Assembly (NCBI GenBank): GCA_005808475.1
Contig: SYLY01000099.1
Span: 1-61,937, forward strand
Direction of reading: 5' to 3'
Source of the DNA: Acidobacteriota bacterium
GTDB lineage: Bacteria > Acidobacteriota > Terriglobia > Bryobacterales > Bryobacteraceae
Length of the DNA: 61,937 nt
Below, one piece after another: positions 32,112 through 41,709 of this stretch (the stretch's first letter is position 1; the number at the start of each line of letters is the position of its first letter). Under the pieces are notes generated by a model, which was not told the origin of the DNA, made no database searches, and saw nothing but the letters and a program-made list of their open reading frames with translations. Made by a program: the position numbers and the translations under genes.

Positions 32112-35100
32112 ATGAAGCTGCTTGCATTCGCGGTCCTCGCATCGGCGGCGGTCCACGCCCAATCGTCCACGGCGTCGCTCTCCGGCGTCATCACCGATCC
32201 CAGCGGCGCCATCATCCCCAGCGTGGACGTCGCCGCGCGGCACGTCGACACCAATCGCGGCTTCTCCGCGCGGACCGACAACGATGGCCGTTACAACCTG
32301 TTGACGCTGCCGATCGGGCGGTACTCCGTTTCCGCCACGGCGCAGGGATTCAAAACGCTGGAGCGCGAAGTGGAACTGACCGTGAACCAGTCGGCCAACC
32401 TGAACCTGCGGATGCAGGTGGGCCAGACCACGGAGGTGGTGGATGTCACCGCGCAGGCCCCGCTGGTGAATGCCACCAACTCCACCGTGGGGACGTTGAT
32501 GGAATCGCGCCAGGTGCTCGATCTGCCGCTCAACGGCCGCAACTTCACGCAGTTGATCGCGCTCACTCCGGGCGTCGCCAACGTTGACGTGTCGCAGGGA
32601 GGCGCGGGGCCGGCGGTGCAAGGCCAGCGCAACCGCAGCAATCTGTACCTCGCCGACGGCGTGATCAACTCGAACCTGGCGGGCAGCCAGATATCGGTTT
32701 CGCCGCCGCTCGACTCGATCCAGGAGTTCCGCGTGGAGTCGGTCCACAACGACGCCGAGTTCGGAGGCGCGTCGGGAGCTTACGTCAATCTCTCGACCAA
32801 AGCCGGGACCAACCGGCTTCACGGCACGGCCTACGACTTTCTCCGCAACGACGTGCTCAACGCACGCAATACGTTCCAGCCCACCGTGCCCAAGTTCCGT
32901 AACAACATCTACGGATTCTCGGTGGGCGCGCCGCTGCTGATTCCCAAGGTCTACAACGGCAAGGACCGGACGTGGTTCTTCGTCAGCCACGAAGGCGTGA
33001 AGAACCGCGCCTCGTCGTCGAGCATCACGCGGGTCGCCAACGCCGCCGAGCGGGCGGGCAACTTCGCCGGAACGGCCGTGTTCGACCCGTACTCGACGCG
33101 CTCCGATCCGGCGCGGCCCACGGCGTTCCTGCGCGATCCGTTCCCGGGCGGACAGGTTCCGGCGGCTCGTTTCCACCGCATCGCCGCGCGTTATCTCGCC
33201 GACTTCTCGCCGCTTCCCAACTTCACGCTGGCGGGCACGGTGAACAACTATCTGGTGACCGGGCCCAACAAGAGCGACACCGGAATCTGGGTGTTCCGCG
33301 TGGATCACACGTTGTCGCAAAAGGACCGCGTGTCGCTGCGGTCCACGCGGTCGGACGCCTCGTCGGAAAACGTGGGCATCTCGCCGGTGATCACGCTGGG
33401 CGTGAGCGACGTTCGCAACTGGAGCGCTGAATGGAATCGCATCATCTCGCCCACCACGCTGCTCACGGTGCGATACGGCTACAACCGCAACCGCTCCGAC
33501 AATTCGTACCGGAACGTGGAGAAGGTGTCGGAGTTCATCGGTTTCGCCGACTCGTATAACTCAGACGCGTTCTCGACGCGCATTCCAGATCGCGCGCTGT
33601 TCCCGGGCTATGGGATTCAGAACTACGCGGGCCTGGTTGGGACAGGCTACTCACCCACCGACAACTTCCCGCACTCCGGCGCGGTGAACCTGCAGAAGAC
33701 AATCGGCCGGCACTCCTTCAAAGCCGGTTTCAATCTGATGCACTTCGACTACTACACCAGCGGCATCTCGCAGACGCTGAACTTCACCGCGCAGCCGACG
33801 CAGAATCCGGCCGCGCCGGCGGGCACCGGCCAGCCGTTGGCGAGCTTTCTGCTAGGCGTGCCATCCAACGCCACCCGTCCGCTGGGAAATCCGGACATCG
33901 ACGCTCATGGTTGGATGTACGCTATCCACCTTTCCGACACCTTCCGGGTCAACGGCCGGCTGAGCCTCAACTACGGCGTCCGCTGGGACAAGAACGGGAA
34001 CTTCCTGTCGCGAAGCGGAACGATGGGGAGCTTCGACCGAACGACCGGAGCATGGCTGCTCGACGGTCCCATCAATATCCCCGGCGCGATCTTCCAAGGT
34101 CCCAACGTCCGGCGCGGCTTCGTCGATCCCGACTGGAACAACTTCTCTCCGCGGCTGGGCGCGGCCTACTCGATCACCCAGAAGACGGTGGTTCGCGCGG
34201 GCATGTCCACGTTTTACGAGATGTTCGCCGGCTGGTTGCAGATCGCGCAGGGCAACCGCAACGCATGGCCGCATTCCACATTTCAATCCACCGACACCCT
34301 GAACGCGACGGTTCCCACCGTGTTCATCGACCGGCCGTTCCGCGGTCTGCCGGACCGGGTGGACCGTCCGAATCCGTTCCCCTCGGCCGGCTATCATCTC
34401 AACCGCTTCTTCAAGACGCCCTACGTCCACGAGTGGAACGTGTCGGTGGAGCGCCAGTTCAGCGACCGTCTGGCGGCGTCGGTCACCTATGTCGGAGCGA
34501 AAGGCCGGACGCTCGAATGCTGCGGCCTGACGAACTATTCCACCGTTCTCGCCGCCGGCAACGCGCGGGCGCCGGAACGCGTCCCGTACCCGAACATGCT
34601 GGTGTTCCGCACCAACGACAACAGCGGCAGATCCGACTATCACGGGCTGCAAACCAAGATCGAGCAACGGTTCCACAACGGACTCTCGTTCTCGTTCAAC
34701 TACACGTTCTCCAAGTCGATCGATCTGGCGTGTTCGGGCTACATCGGCGCGGAAGGGTGCAATCTGCAGCAGCCCTACAATCTGTCCGCCGAGCGCGGCG
34801 TGTCCAGCTACGATCTGACGCATATCGCCAACGCCACGTTCATCTACGAGATCCCGTTCAAGCCACGCAACTACGCGGTGAACCTGATCGCCGGCGGATG
34901 GCAGACCAGCGGCATCCTGAACTGGCGGAGCGGACTTCCGTTGACGCCCGGTCTGGCCGTGGACAACGCGAACAACAGCGGCAGCCAGCAGCGTCCGAAT
35001 CTGGTGGGCGACGCGGGCCTGGCCGGGCAGAGCCGTCTGCGTTGGTTCAACACCGCGGCGTTCGCGCTGCCCGCCCGCTACACCTACGGCAACGCCGGCA

Positions 35101-35330
35101 GGAACATACTGCGCGGACCCGCGGCGGCCACGCAGAGCCTGTCGTTGTTCAAGAACTTCGCCGTGCTGCCCGAACGGCTGAAAGTGCAGTTCCGCTCGGA
35201 CTTCTTCAACGCGTTCAACCATCCGTTGCTCGGGAGTCCGGGGCTCACGTTCGACACGCCTACGTTCGGCCAGATCAACTCGGCGTCGGGCAATCGCACG
35301 ATCCAGATGTCGCTGAAGGCGATCTTCTGA
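32112..35330 (+). CDS. TonB-dependent receptor with N-terminal CarboxypepD_reg-like domain
   Basis: Signal peptide. SGVITDPSGAIIPSVDVAARHVDTNRGFSARTDNDGRYNLLTLPIGRYSVSATAQGFKT (CarboxypepD_reg), plug, and a 1072-aa beta-barrel with a C-terminal aromatic residue. Confidence 0.9.
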   Translation: MKLLAFAVLASAAVHAQSSTASLSGVITDPSGAIIPSVDVAARHVDTNRGFSARTDNDGRYNLLTLPIGRYSVSATAQGFKTLEREVELTVNQSANLNLRMQVGQTTEVVDVTAQAPLVNATNSTVGTLMESRQVLDLPLNGRNFTQLIALTPGVANVDVSQGGAGPAVQGQRNRSNLYLADGVINSNLAGSQISVSPPLDSIQEFRVESVHNDAEFGGASGAYVNLSTKAGTNRLHGTAYDFLRNDVLNARNTFQPTVPKFRNNIYGFSVGAPLLIPKVYNGKDRTWFFVSHEGVKNRASSSSITRVANAAERAGNFAGTAVFDPYSTRSDPARPTAFLRDPFPGGQVPAARFHRIAARYLADFSPLPNFTLAGTVNNYLVTGPNKSDTGIWVFRVDHTLSQKDRVSLRSTRSDASSENVGISPVITLGVSDVRNWSAEWNRIISPTTLLTVRYGYNRNRSDNSYRNVEKVSEFIGFADSYNSDAFSTRIPDRALFPGYGIQNYAGLVGTGYSPTDNFPHSGAVNLQKTIGRHSFKAGFNLMHFDYYTSGISQTLNFTAQPTQNPAAPAGTGQPLASFLLGVPSNATRPLGNPDIDAHGWMYAIHLSDTFRVNGRLSLNYGVRWDKNGNFLSRSGTMGSFDRTTGAWLLDGPINIPGAIFQGPNVRRGFVDPDWNNFSPRLGAAYSITQKTVVRAGMSTFYEMFAGWLQIAQGNRNAWPHSTFQSTDTLNATVPTVFIDRPFRGLPDRVDRPNPFPSAGYHLNRFFKTPYVHEWNVSVERQFSDRLAASVTYVGAKGRTLECCGLTNYSTVLAAGNARAPERVPYPNMLVFRTNDNSGRSDYHGLQTKIEQRFHNGLSFSFNYTFSKSIDLACSGYIGAEGCNLQQPYNLSAERGVSSYDLTHIANATFIYEIPFKPRNYAVNLIAGGWQTSGILNWRSGLPLTPGLAVDNANNSGSQQRPNLVGDAGLAGQSRLRWFNTAAFALPARYTYGNAGRNILRGPAAATQSLSLFKNFAVLPERLKVQFRSDFFNAFNHPLLGSPGLTFDTPTFGQINSASGNRTIQMSLKAIF

Positions 35331-35950
35331 CGCTGCCGCTCCCGTGGTGCTGAAGGAACAGCAGCCGGAAGGCGGCTTCGTGTCGATCGACAGCCTGATC
35401 GCGCCGCCGCCGAAGCCGGCCGCCAAGATGGAAGAAGTCAGTTCGTTCGGCGACTAGTTTTCTCGCGGGGCAACCCAAAGAAGGCCACCGGATGTACCGG
35501 TCGAAGCTCTGCTTGTAGCGCACTGCCTCGGCGTCATGCAGCGAGGCCAACCTTATCTCCGAATCCAGCGAGTAGTGAAGCTGGCGGGTGAGTCCCAGGC
35601 GATTTGCGGCGTACCGCGCGTCGAGTTCCGGATTGAGTTCACGCGCCGCCTAGAAGTGGGCCACGCGCAGCGTCCGCCCGTAGCACTTGAAGCCGTGCCG
35701 CAAGGTGGCGAGCGGGCCCTTCGGAATCCATCCACTTGCACAGGCCGCTCAGCACCTGATCGCTGGTCCTGTCTCCGAGCAGAGCTTCCAACTTCCGCCA
35801 CTCCTCGGGCTGCGTTTCGCGGATGACGCCAGCACCTCCACGGGGAAGATGGCATCCTCACGGCCAAAGCTGCCCGCCGGAACCGCATTGTATCCGCCTT
35901 CGAGCAGTTCCTTCTCGATCACCGTCTCAAAGGCGTATTCGCTGATCGTT
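35331..35950 (-). pseudogene. gene debris: frameshifted fragments including an HsdR-like N-terminus (MKTISEYAFETVIEKELLEGGY...)
   Basis: Minus-strand protein-like segments in three different frames separated by stops (MKTISEYAFETV...; ...EEWRKLEALLGDRTSDQVLSGLCKWMDSEGP...; ...ELNPELDARYAANRLGLTRQLHYSLDSEIRLASLHDAEAVRYKQSF...). A 42-codon plus-strand ORF tail follows the TonB receptor stop. Confidence 0.45.
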
Positions 35951-35951
35951 T

Positions 35952-36446
35952 TCATACGCCCACTCCCAGGACAAACCTCGCCCGCTCGCGCCGTAACATT
36001 TCGTGAGGCAGCACACTCCCCAAGCCCAGGCCAAGGCAAGCGTCTGGAATCTTGACCCGATTCACGGAGCCACCTGGCACTTCGTAGGTCACTACCGCGT
36101 GCCCGCCCTGGCGGGCTTGCGCCACGAGATGGAAATCGGCCGTTTGCAGAAACTCGTTGATGGCAGGTGTCCTATAGTTCTGGCTCGATGCCCAGGTGCT
36201 CACGGCGGTAAAGTGCGGGACCGTCGCCGCATCGGGCGACAAGAAGAACGTTCCCGGCAACGCCTTCACCCATTCGGCCAAGTCGTCCTGCTGGTCCTTC
36301 AATTCGTCATAGACGCGCTCGATGCTGTAGACCCGGCCAACCCTGTGCTCCGCGACGATCCAATCCCAGAATCCCGGACAGAAGTCGAACCCGTAGTGGA
36401 CACGCTTCGCCGTGATCAGGACATTGCTGTCGAGCAAGTAGGCCAT
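35952..36446 (-). CDS. DUF4411 family PIN-like protein (putative toxin/nuclease)
   Basis: MAYLLDSNVLITAKRVHYGFDFCPGFWDWI is the DUF4411 signature. 1-nt overlap with the upstream ImmA/IrrE gene. Confidence 0.75.
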   Translation of the reverse strand: MAYLLDSNVLITAKRVHYGFDFCPGFWDWIVAEHRVGRVYSIERVYDELKDQQDDLAEWVKALPGTFFLSPDAATVPHFTAVSTWASSQNYRTPAINEFLQTADFHLVAQARQGGHAVVTYEVPGGSVNRVKIPDACLGLGLGSVLPHEMLRRERARFVLGVGV

Positions 36447-37600
36447 TAGCCACTGAACCCCAATCTCCGCGCGAGGCTGTCGAATGTCATGACCCTCTTG
36501 CACCCGAGCAGGCGCATGGCTTCCCGGAACGTGGTCCGGCCGCCCAAAGTGCTTGCGACCAGGGCATGTTCGAACCGGTGGCTGACGCGCGCGCCGAGCG
36601 TCCGGTAGAAGTCGCCACCCCCGGTGGCGGCGGGAGCCACTTCCTTTAGCTTCTCCACCTCTTTCCTGTATTCAGCCCAAAACTGCTCGCGGCTCCGAAA
36701 TGCCCCGGCTTCCCACATGCGGCGGAGAATGACGAGGCTGCTTACCTTGAATCGGCGCGTGAGCCGTGCCGTCGCGTCCGCTACGACTTCCCCCGCCTGC
36801 AACTCCTGCTCGAGGACGGCCAGCGGTACCAGCACCTCGGCCGACACTTGGTTGCACCAGCGCTCGGTCGCTTCATCGGGAAACGCAGATGCCTCGGCAT
36901 CGGAGAGCGCCGATTCGCCCAGCGCAAGATGCGCCAGTTCATGGGCGATGGTGAACATCCGCGCGGACTTCGAATCAGCGCCGTTGACGAAGACGAGCGG
37001 CGCATGCGGATGCGCCAGCGCAAACCCGCGAAACTCATTCGGGTCGAGTTTCCGGTGCGTGTTGCTTCCCACCACCCCGCTGACCATGATCAGGATGCCC
37101 GCGTCCTCGACCGACTGAATCATGCGACGCAGGGCCTCGGCCCAGGTGCGATCCAGTCTGCGCTGCTCCAGATCGAAGGCAATGGCGTCCCGGATCATTC
37201 GTGCCGCATCCGCGGTCGCCGTGGTCCTCGTCAGGGAGCCCACCAGACGCACCGGGTCCAAGCGCTCCTCGCGCGCGAACTCTTCGAACCAAGCCTGCCG
37301 CTGCTGGCACAGGTAAATCGTGTCGAGAAGGTCTCCGCTCGGCCGTCTCAACGCCTCTGGGCGCCGCGTGCGAAAGTCCGGGATCGGAAGAGGTTCTTCC
37401 GGCGGCGCGGCGAGAAAGAAGTACCCAAACGGCGTGTAGGTGGCGGCGGCGAAATCTTCCAGTTGCCGGAACGTGGGCGCGGACTCGCGCTCCAGCCACG
37501 CGTTGAGCCTTGGAAACCTCCGCTCGAGCATCTCCGGTTTTTTGCCGGAACGCTCCACGGCCCAACGCAGGATTTCGGGCGCAACCTCCATATGAGCCAT
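36446..37600 (-). CDS. ImmA/IrrE family metallo-endopeptidase with N-terminal HTH-like domain
   Basis: Zn-peptidase HEXXH (FTIAHELAHLAL). N-terminal domain resembling the XRE/antitoxin module. Canonical partner of DUF4411. Confidence 0.75.
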   Translation of the reverse strand: MAHMEVAPEILRWAVERSGKKPEMLERRFPRLNAWLERESAPTFRQLEDFAAATYTPFGYFFLAAPPEEPLPIPDFRTRRPEALRRPSGDLLDTIYLCQQRQAWFEEFAREERLDPVRLVGSLTRTTATADAARMIRDAIAFDLEQRRLDRTWAEALRRMIQSVEDAGILIMVSGVVGSNTHRKLDPNEFRGFALAHPHAPLVFVNGADSKSARMFTIAHELAHLALGESALSDAEASAFPDEATERWCNQVSAEVLVPLAVLEQELQAGEVVADATARLTRRFKVSSLVILRRMWEAGAFRSREQFWAEYRKEVEKLKEVAPAATGGGDFYRTLGARVSHRFEHALVASTLGGRTTFREAMRLLGCKRVMTFDSLARRLGFSG

Positions 37601-38038
37601 GGTATCGTAACGGTTCCGGCCCCTGATCTTGCTGGACATTTCCGAGCAGTTCGGGTACCGCGGAGTGGATGAATGCGAGCAGGAGGCGTGGACTCCCCAG
37701 CAGTGGGAGAGTCGGCCGAGCTCTCACGATCGAGTGGCTGACGCAGGAACTGGAGCGGTTGCGGGAGCAATCGGCTGCAACAGACCAAGAGATCAAGCAG
37801 CAGCAAGAGCGCATCGGCCAATTTCCGCCAGTTCGGCGAAGGAGATCGCGCGGCGGTTCTCCCGGTCCATCGCGGCCGTTGCCGGCGAGCGCCTGAAGTT
37901 CCCGACGCCGCAACCGGTCATGCCGAAATCATGGAGGAGATCGGGTAGGGCGAGCGGGTCCACAAAGCGGATCGTCCGGTTTCCCGCGGTAGAGGCGGCG
38001 GCTCCGCGCATCCGGCGGTTCGCGGCGTATCCCGCGCG

Positions 38039-38896
38039 CTAGTCCAGCACCCACTTGGTGCGAGCCACTCCCACCACCATCATTTGCAGATCGCCCGCCC
38101 CGGCGCTTTCGAACGACTTCGCTTCGCCGAGAAACACCGGCACGGCGTCGCCCGCCTTGATCCGCGCCTCTTCGTTGCCCACGCGGGCCACGCCTTCGCC
38201 GGAGATCACGTACCAGAATTCCTCCACACCCTGCTTGGCGTGTTTGCCGATCGACGCCCCGGCCGGGATGGTGACGTGATCCACGTAGGACCAGTTGGTG
38301 TAGAACACCTCTGGCGTCAATACGCGCCGGTAGGACACCGTTCCCTTGCCGCCGTGCATCGCCGTTACCTTGGCCTGCCGGTTCGGCTCGAGCTTCATGG
38401 TGATGAACACGGGCTTGGGGTCCAACGGAACGCCCACGCGGTCGTCGTCCAGATCGGTGGCGTCGTACTTCCCCTTGATGCTGCCCACGGCGATGTTCAT
38501 CCACTGCACGGGCTTGTCCGTGGGATTGTAGATCGCGTGGGAACTCCCCATGCGGCAGGGAGCGCCGGCCGGTCCCTGCACCAGCGACGTCCGCCCGTTC
38601 ACGGTGAACTGGGCCTCGCCGTCGAAAATCACGAACATCTCTTCCATGTGGTTGTGGAAGTGATGGCCGATGCCGCCTCCGGGCGCCAACACGCCGCGAT
38701 GGAGAAAGATGAAGTTCGTGTTGAAGGTCTGCGCGTCGAACAGCCCCATGTAGTGGAGTTCGCCCGCTCCGGCGTGGACGCGCTTGATGTGGCGGAACTT
38801 CGATGGGTCGGTGTGCGCGATGCGCTGCGCCAGGGGTTCGCGTCCGAACGCGGGAAGCAGCAGAGCCGCGGCAAGGAGAAGTCTCATGCGAGCCAT
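38039..38896 (-). CDS. secreted cupin (bicupin) domain protein
   Basis: Signal peptide MARMRLLLAAALLLPAFG. Two cupin motifs (GHHFHNHMEEMFVIFDGEAQF; GKHAKQGVEEFWYVISGEGV). Start overlaps the upstream stop (TAATG). Confidence 0.7.
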   Translation of the reverse strand: MARMRLLLAAALLLPAFGREPLAQRIAHTDPSKFRHIKRVHAGAGELHYMGLFDAQTFNTNFIFLHRGVLAPGGGIGHHFHNHMEEMFVIFDGEAQFTVNGRTSLVQGPAGAPCRMGSSHAIYNPTDKPVQWMNIAVGSIKGKYDATDLDDDRVGVPLDPKPVFITMKLEPNRQAKVTAMHGGKGTVSYRRVLTPEVFYTNWSYVDHVTIPAGASIGKHAKQGVEEFWYVISGEGVARVGNEEARIKAGDAVPVFLGEAKSFESAGAGDLQMMVVGVARTKWVLD

Positions 38897-39894
38897 TATG
38901 GCGCAAACTCGACTTCCCAGTGCGACACGCCCTTGATGTACAGCCGCGCCACGCGGCCCGCGTAGGTGTCGGTTTCGCCGTAGTCGAGCCCCAACACCTG
39001 CGGATACCAGACGGGGCCGAAGCCAGTCTGGGCCGGTGTGAGGATGCGCTGGGGCTTGGACCAGCCGCCGGGATCGGAGAGGTCGTCCGCGAAGGCCGCG
39101 TAGATGCCCTCCGACGGCCATTGTGGGGCGCAGCACGATCGCGTCATCAGGACGACGTAGCGCTCGAGGTAGTGATTCCAGTGAATCGACGGCCCCCAGA
39201 ACGAGTCCGTGTTCGGGCGGCCCCAGGGAACCGTAGCGGGGAAGACGGACGTCACCTTGCCACCGAGGCCGGGCTCGGACCACTCTCCGGCGCGGTACTT
39301 CCACACGCGGCCGGCGGGCGCCTCGCGATCCGCCCAGGCCATCCGGGCCGTGGCGACTCCCTGATCCGCGCCCCCGTAGTTGCCGAACAGGAAGTAGAAG
39401 TAGCCGTCCTGCACGATCACGCTGAAGTCGCCGTGGCCGCCCGCGAAGTATCCGTTGGCGGCGCCGCAATCGAGCGGATCGCCGGATTCGAGCACGATGC
39501 CGAGGTCCCTGTAGGTCCGGCCACCGTCGTAGGAGACCAGCGCGCCGATGCGCGGCGCCGTCAAGTGGTTGCCCGGACAAAGGCCGCCCGGCTCGTTGTG
39601 ATACCAGGCCCAGAGCGTGTCCTCGTCTTCCAGGTGGACCGATTCGATCCAGGCTGGCAAGTTGTCGCCGGGTACGATGGAGACGAACTCGGTTTCCCCT
39701 TCCCACAAGTAGAACTGATTCGCGGCCACGGTGAGAAGCGAAATGCCGGTGGAGTTGATCAGGTGCAGTTGGCCGCCGCGCCAGTAGGCGGGGCTGTTGG
39801 AGTCCGCGTCCACCGCCATGGACTCCTGGGAAGCTTGGTGGATCGTGACGGTTTGGGCCGCCCCGATTCCGAAAAGCGAGAAGATCCCGGCCAC
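38896..39894 (-). CDS. hypothetical protein, possibly exported
   Basis: 332-aa ORF, Gly/Trp/Tyr-rich, beta-rich composition. Family not recognised. Confidence 0.5.
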   Translation of the reverse strand: MAGIFSLFGIGAAQTVTIHQASQESMAVDADSNSPAYWRGGQLHLINSTGISLLTVAANQFYLWEGETEFVSIVPGDNLPAWIESVHLEDEDTLWAWYHNEPGGLCPGNHLTAPRIGALVSYDGGRTYRDLGIVLESGDPLDCGAANGYFAGGHGDFSVIVQDGYFYFLFGNYGGADQGVATARMAWADREAPAGRVWKYRAGEWSEPGLGGKVTSVFPATVPWGRPNTDSFWGPSIHWNHYLERYVVLMTRSCCAPQWPSEGIYAAFADDLSDPGGWSKPQRILTPAQTGFGPVWYPQVLGLDYGETDTYAGRVARLYIKGVSHWEVEFAP

Positions 39895-39967
39895 ATGGGC
39901 CAGGGTGGTTTGAATAGGAATAGCACTGCCCCCCTAGTCGTACTGGCGCGACCGCGGCTGAGGGGGG

Positions 39968-41038
39968 TTACGTAAAGTTCATCAAATCGGCCAGCATGCG
40001 TGCGGCGATCGCCGGGGCGTGATGGGTGCGAACGTGTGAGGCCGCCGCTTCGCCGATCCTGTAGCGGAGCGTGGCATCGTCCGCCAGCAGCATCATGAAG
40101 GCGAGCAGCGTCTCGCGCTCGGCGGCTCCGGCGTCCACGCGGAGGCAGGCCGCCTCCGGAAAACGGGCATATTCCTCGCCCTCGGTGACGATCACCGGTT
40201 TGCCGATTCCCATCAGGCGAATGGCGATTCCCGAGGTTTCGCCCGCAAGCGGGTATCGAAGGTTGACGCAAACGTCCACCGCGCGCGCCAGCTTCCAGAA
40301 GTCCTCTTCGGGCAGGTACGGCACGCGGACGACTCCGGCGTGTTCCAGGTACGGCCGCGCCGCGCGGTCCAGATCGTCCGACGCGAATTCGCCCGCGACC
40401 ACCAGTTCGATGTCGCTCCGTACGCTGCGCAGGCGATGGAAGCAGTGGAGCACGGCCATCAGGCGCTTGGACTCGCGCAGGAAGCCGAACACGCCGAACC
40501 GCGTCTTACCGGGCGGAAGGTCCGCGATGTCCGCCGAGCCGGGAGGTTCGAACAGATGGGGGATCTCCTCGATCCGAGCGTGTGGCGCGTGTTCGCGGAC
40601 GGCCCGCGCCGCGGCCGGATTGTGGACCACCACGGCTCGCGCTCCTTCCACGGCACGCTTGAGCATCGGATAGCGGAAGTAGAGCGGGTCGTGCGCGGAG
40701 GCGGCGCGGTGCTCCCAGAGGCTTCCGCCGAGGCCGCGCGCCCACTCGCCATAGTTGTAAACGAATTCGGATACGTACCGGTCACGATCGTTGTACCCGA
40801 GGTGGAAGTGCTGCAACACGGCGTCGTGCAGGATGACGATGCCCGGCTCGGCGCAGGCCCGGTGGTGGATCTCGCGGTGCAGCGGATTATTCCCCAAATT
40901 GTAGATCGGGATACCCCGCGCCGACCTGGGATTGACCTCCACTTCCACGAACTGGCGTAGCGCCCGGACCAAGGCGGCGCTGTAGTCCGCTACCCCCGTT
41001 CGCGCGGGCGGCATCGGCGAGAAGTAGGCGGCCTTCAC
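39968..41038 (-). CDS. glycosyltransferase family 4
   Basis: GT-B GT4 blocks. 4-nt overlap with yggS. Confidence 0.8.
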   Translation of the reverse strand: MKAAYFSPMPPARTGVADYSAALVRALRQFVEVEVNPRSARGIPIYNLGNNPLHREIHHRACAEPGIVILHDAVLQHFHLGYNDRDRYVSEFVYNYGEWARGLGGSLWEHRAASAHDPLYFRYPMLKRAVEGARAVVVHNPAAARAVREHAPHARIEEIPHLFEPPGSADIADLPPGKTRFGVFGFLRESKRLMAVLHCFHRLRSVRSDIELVVAGEFASDDLDRAARPYLEHAGVVRVPYLPEEDFWKLARAVDVCVNLRYPLAGETSGIAIRLMGIGKPVIVTEGEEYARFPEAACLRVDAGAAERETLLAFMMLLADDATLRYRIGEAAASHVRTHHAPAIAARMLADLMNFT

Positions 41039-41694
41039 GGCTTCTTGCGTTTGCCGAACAGCGCTGTACCCACGCGGATGTGCGTGGCGCCTTCCTGGAT
41101 GGCGGCCTCGAAGTCGTGGGACATGCCCATCGACAGATTGCGCAGGCCGAGCCGTTCGGCCAGTTCGCGCAGGCGGCGGAAGTAGGGGCGAGTGGTTTCC
41201 GGCTCGTCCGACCAGGGAGGCATCGTCATCAGGCCGAGCAGCCGCAGGTTGGGGCAGGCCGCGATCGCGTCCACGATCGCCGGGATCTCCTCCGGGGAGG
41301 CTCCCTCCTTGGATTCCTCGCCGCTCGTCTTCACCTCGATCATCACGTCCAGCGGCTTGCCGGGTTCGTTCAAGCGCCGGGCGAGCTTGGGCGAGTCCAC
41401 GGTCTGGATCACGTGGAACAGCTCCGCCGCCTTGCGCGACTTGTTCGACTGCAGATGGCCGATGAGGTGGAATCGCGCGCCGGCGAGTCCGCCGGTCAGC
41501 GGTGCTTTGCCTTCGAATTCCTGTACGTAGTTCTCGCCGAAGTCGCGGAGGCCGAGTTCGTATCCCTCGAGGAGGACATCGGCAGGGAATACCTTGGTGA
41601 CCGCCACCAGGGTGATCTCCTGCCTATTCCTCCCCGCCTGCTGGCATGCCCTCAAAATTCTTTCTTCCACCGCTGAGAGATTTTCCTTTAGCAT
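41035..41694 (-). CDS. yggS: YggS family pyridoxal phosphate homeostasis protein
   Basis: VTKVFPADVLLEGYELGLRDFGENYVQE... and HLIGHLQSNK motifs. 219 aa. Confidence 0.9.
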   Translation of the reverse strand: MLKENLSAVEERILRACQQAGRNRQEITLVAVTKVFPADVLLEGYELGLRDFGENYVQEFEGKAPLTGGLAGARFHLIGHLQSNKSRKAAELFHVIQTVDSPKLARRLNEPGKPLDVMIEVKTSGEESKEGASPEEIPAIVDAIAACPNLRLLGLMTMPPWSDEPETTRPYFRRLRELAERLGLRNLSMGMSHDFEAAIQEGATHIRVGTALFGKRKKP

Positions 41695-41709
41695 GCACTT
41701 TCATAATAG

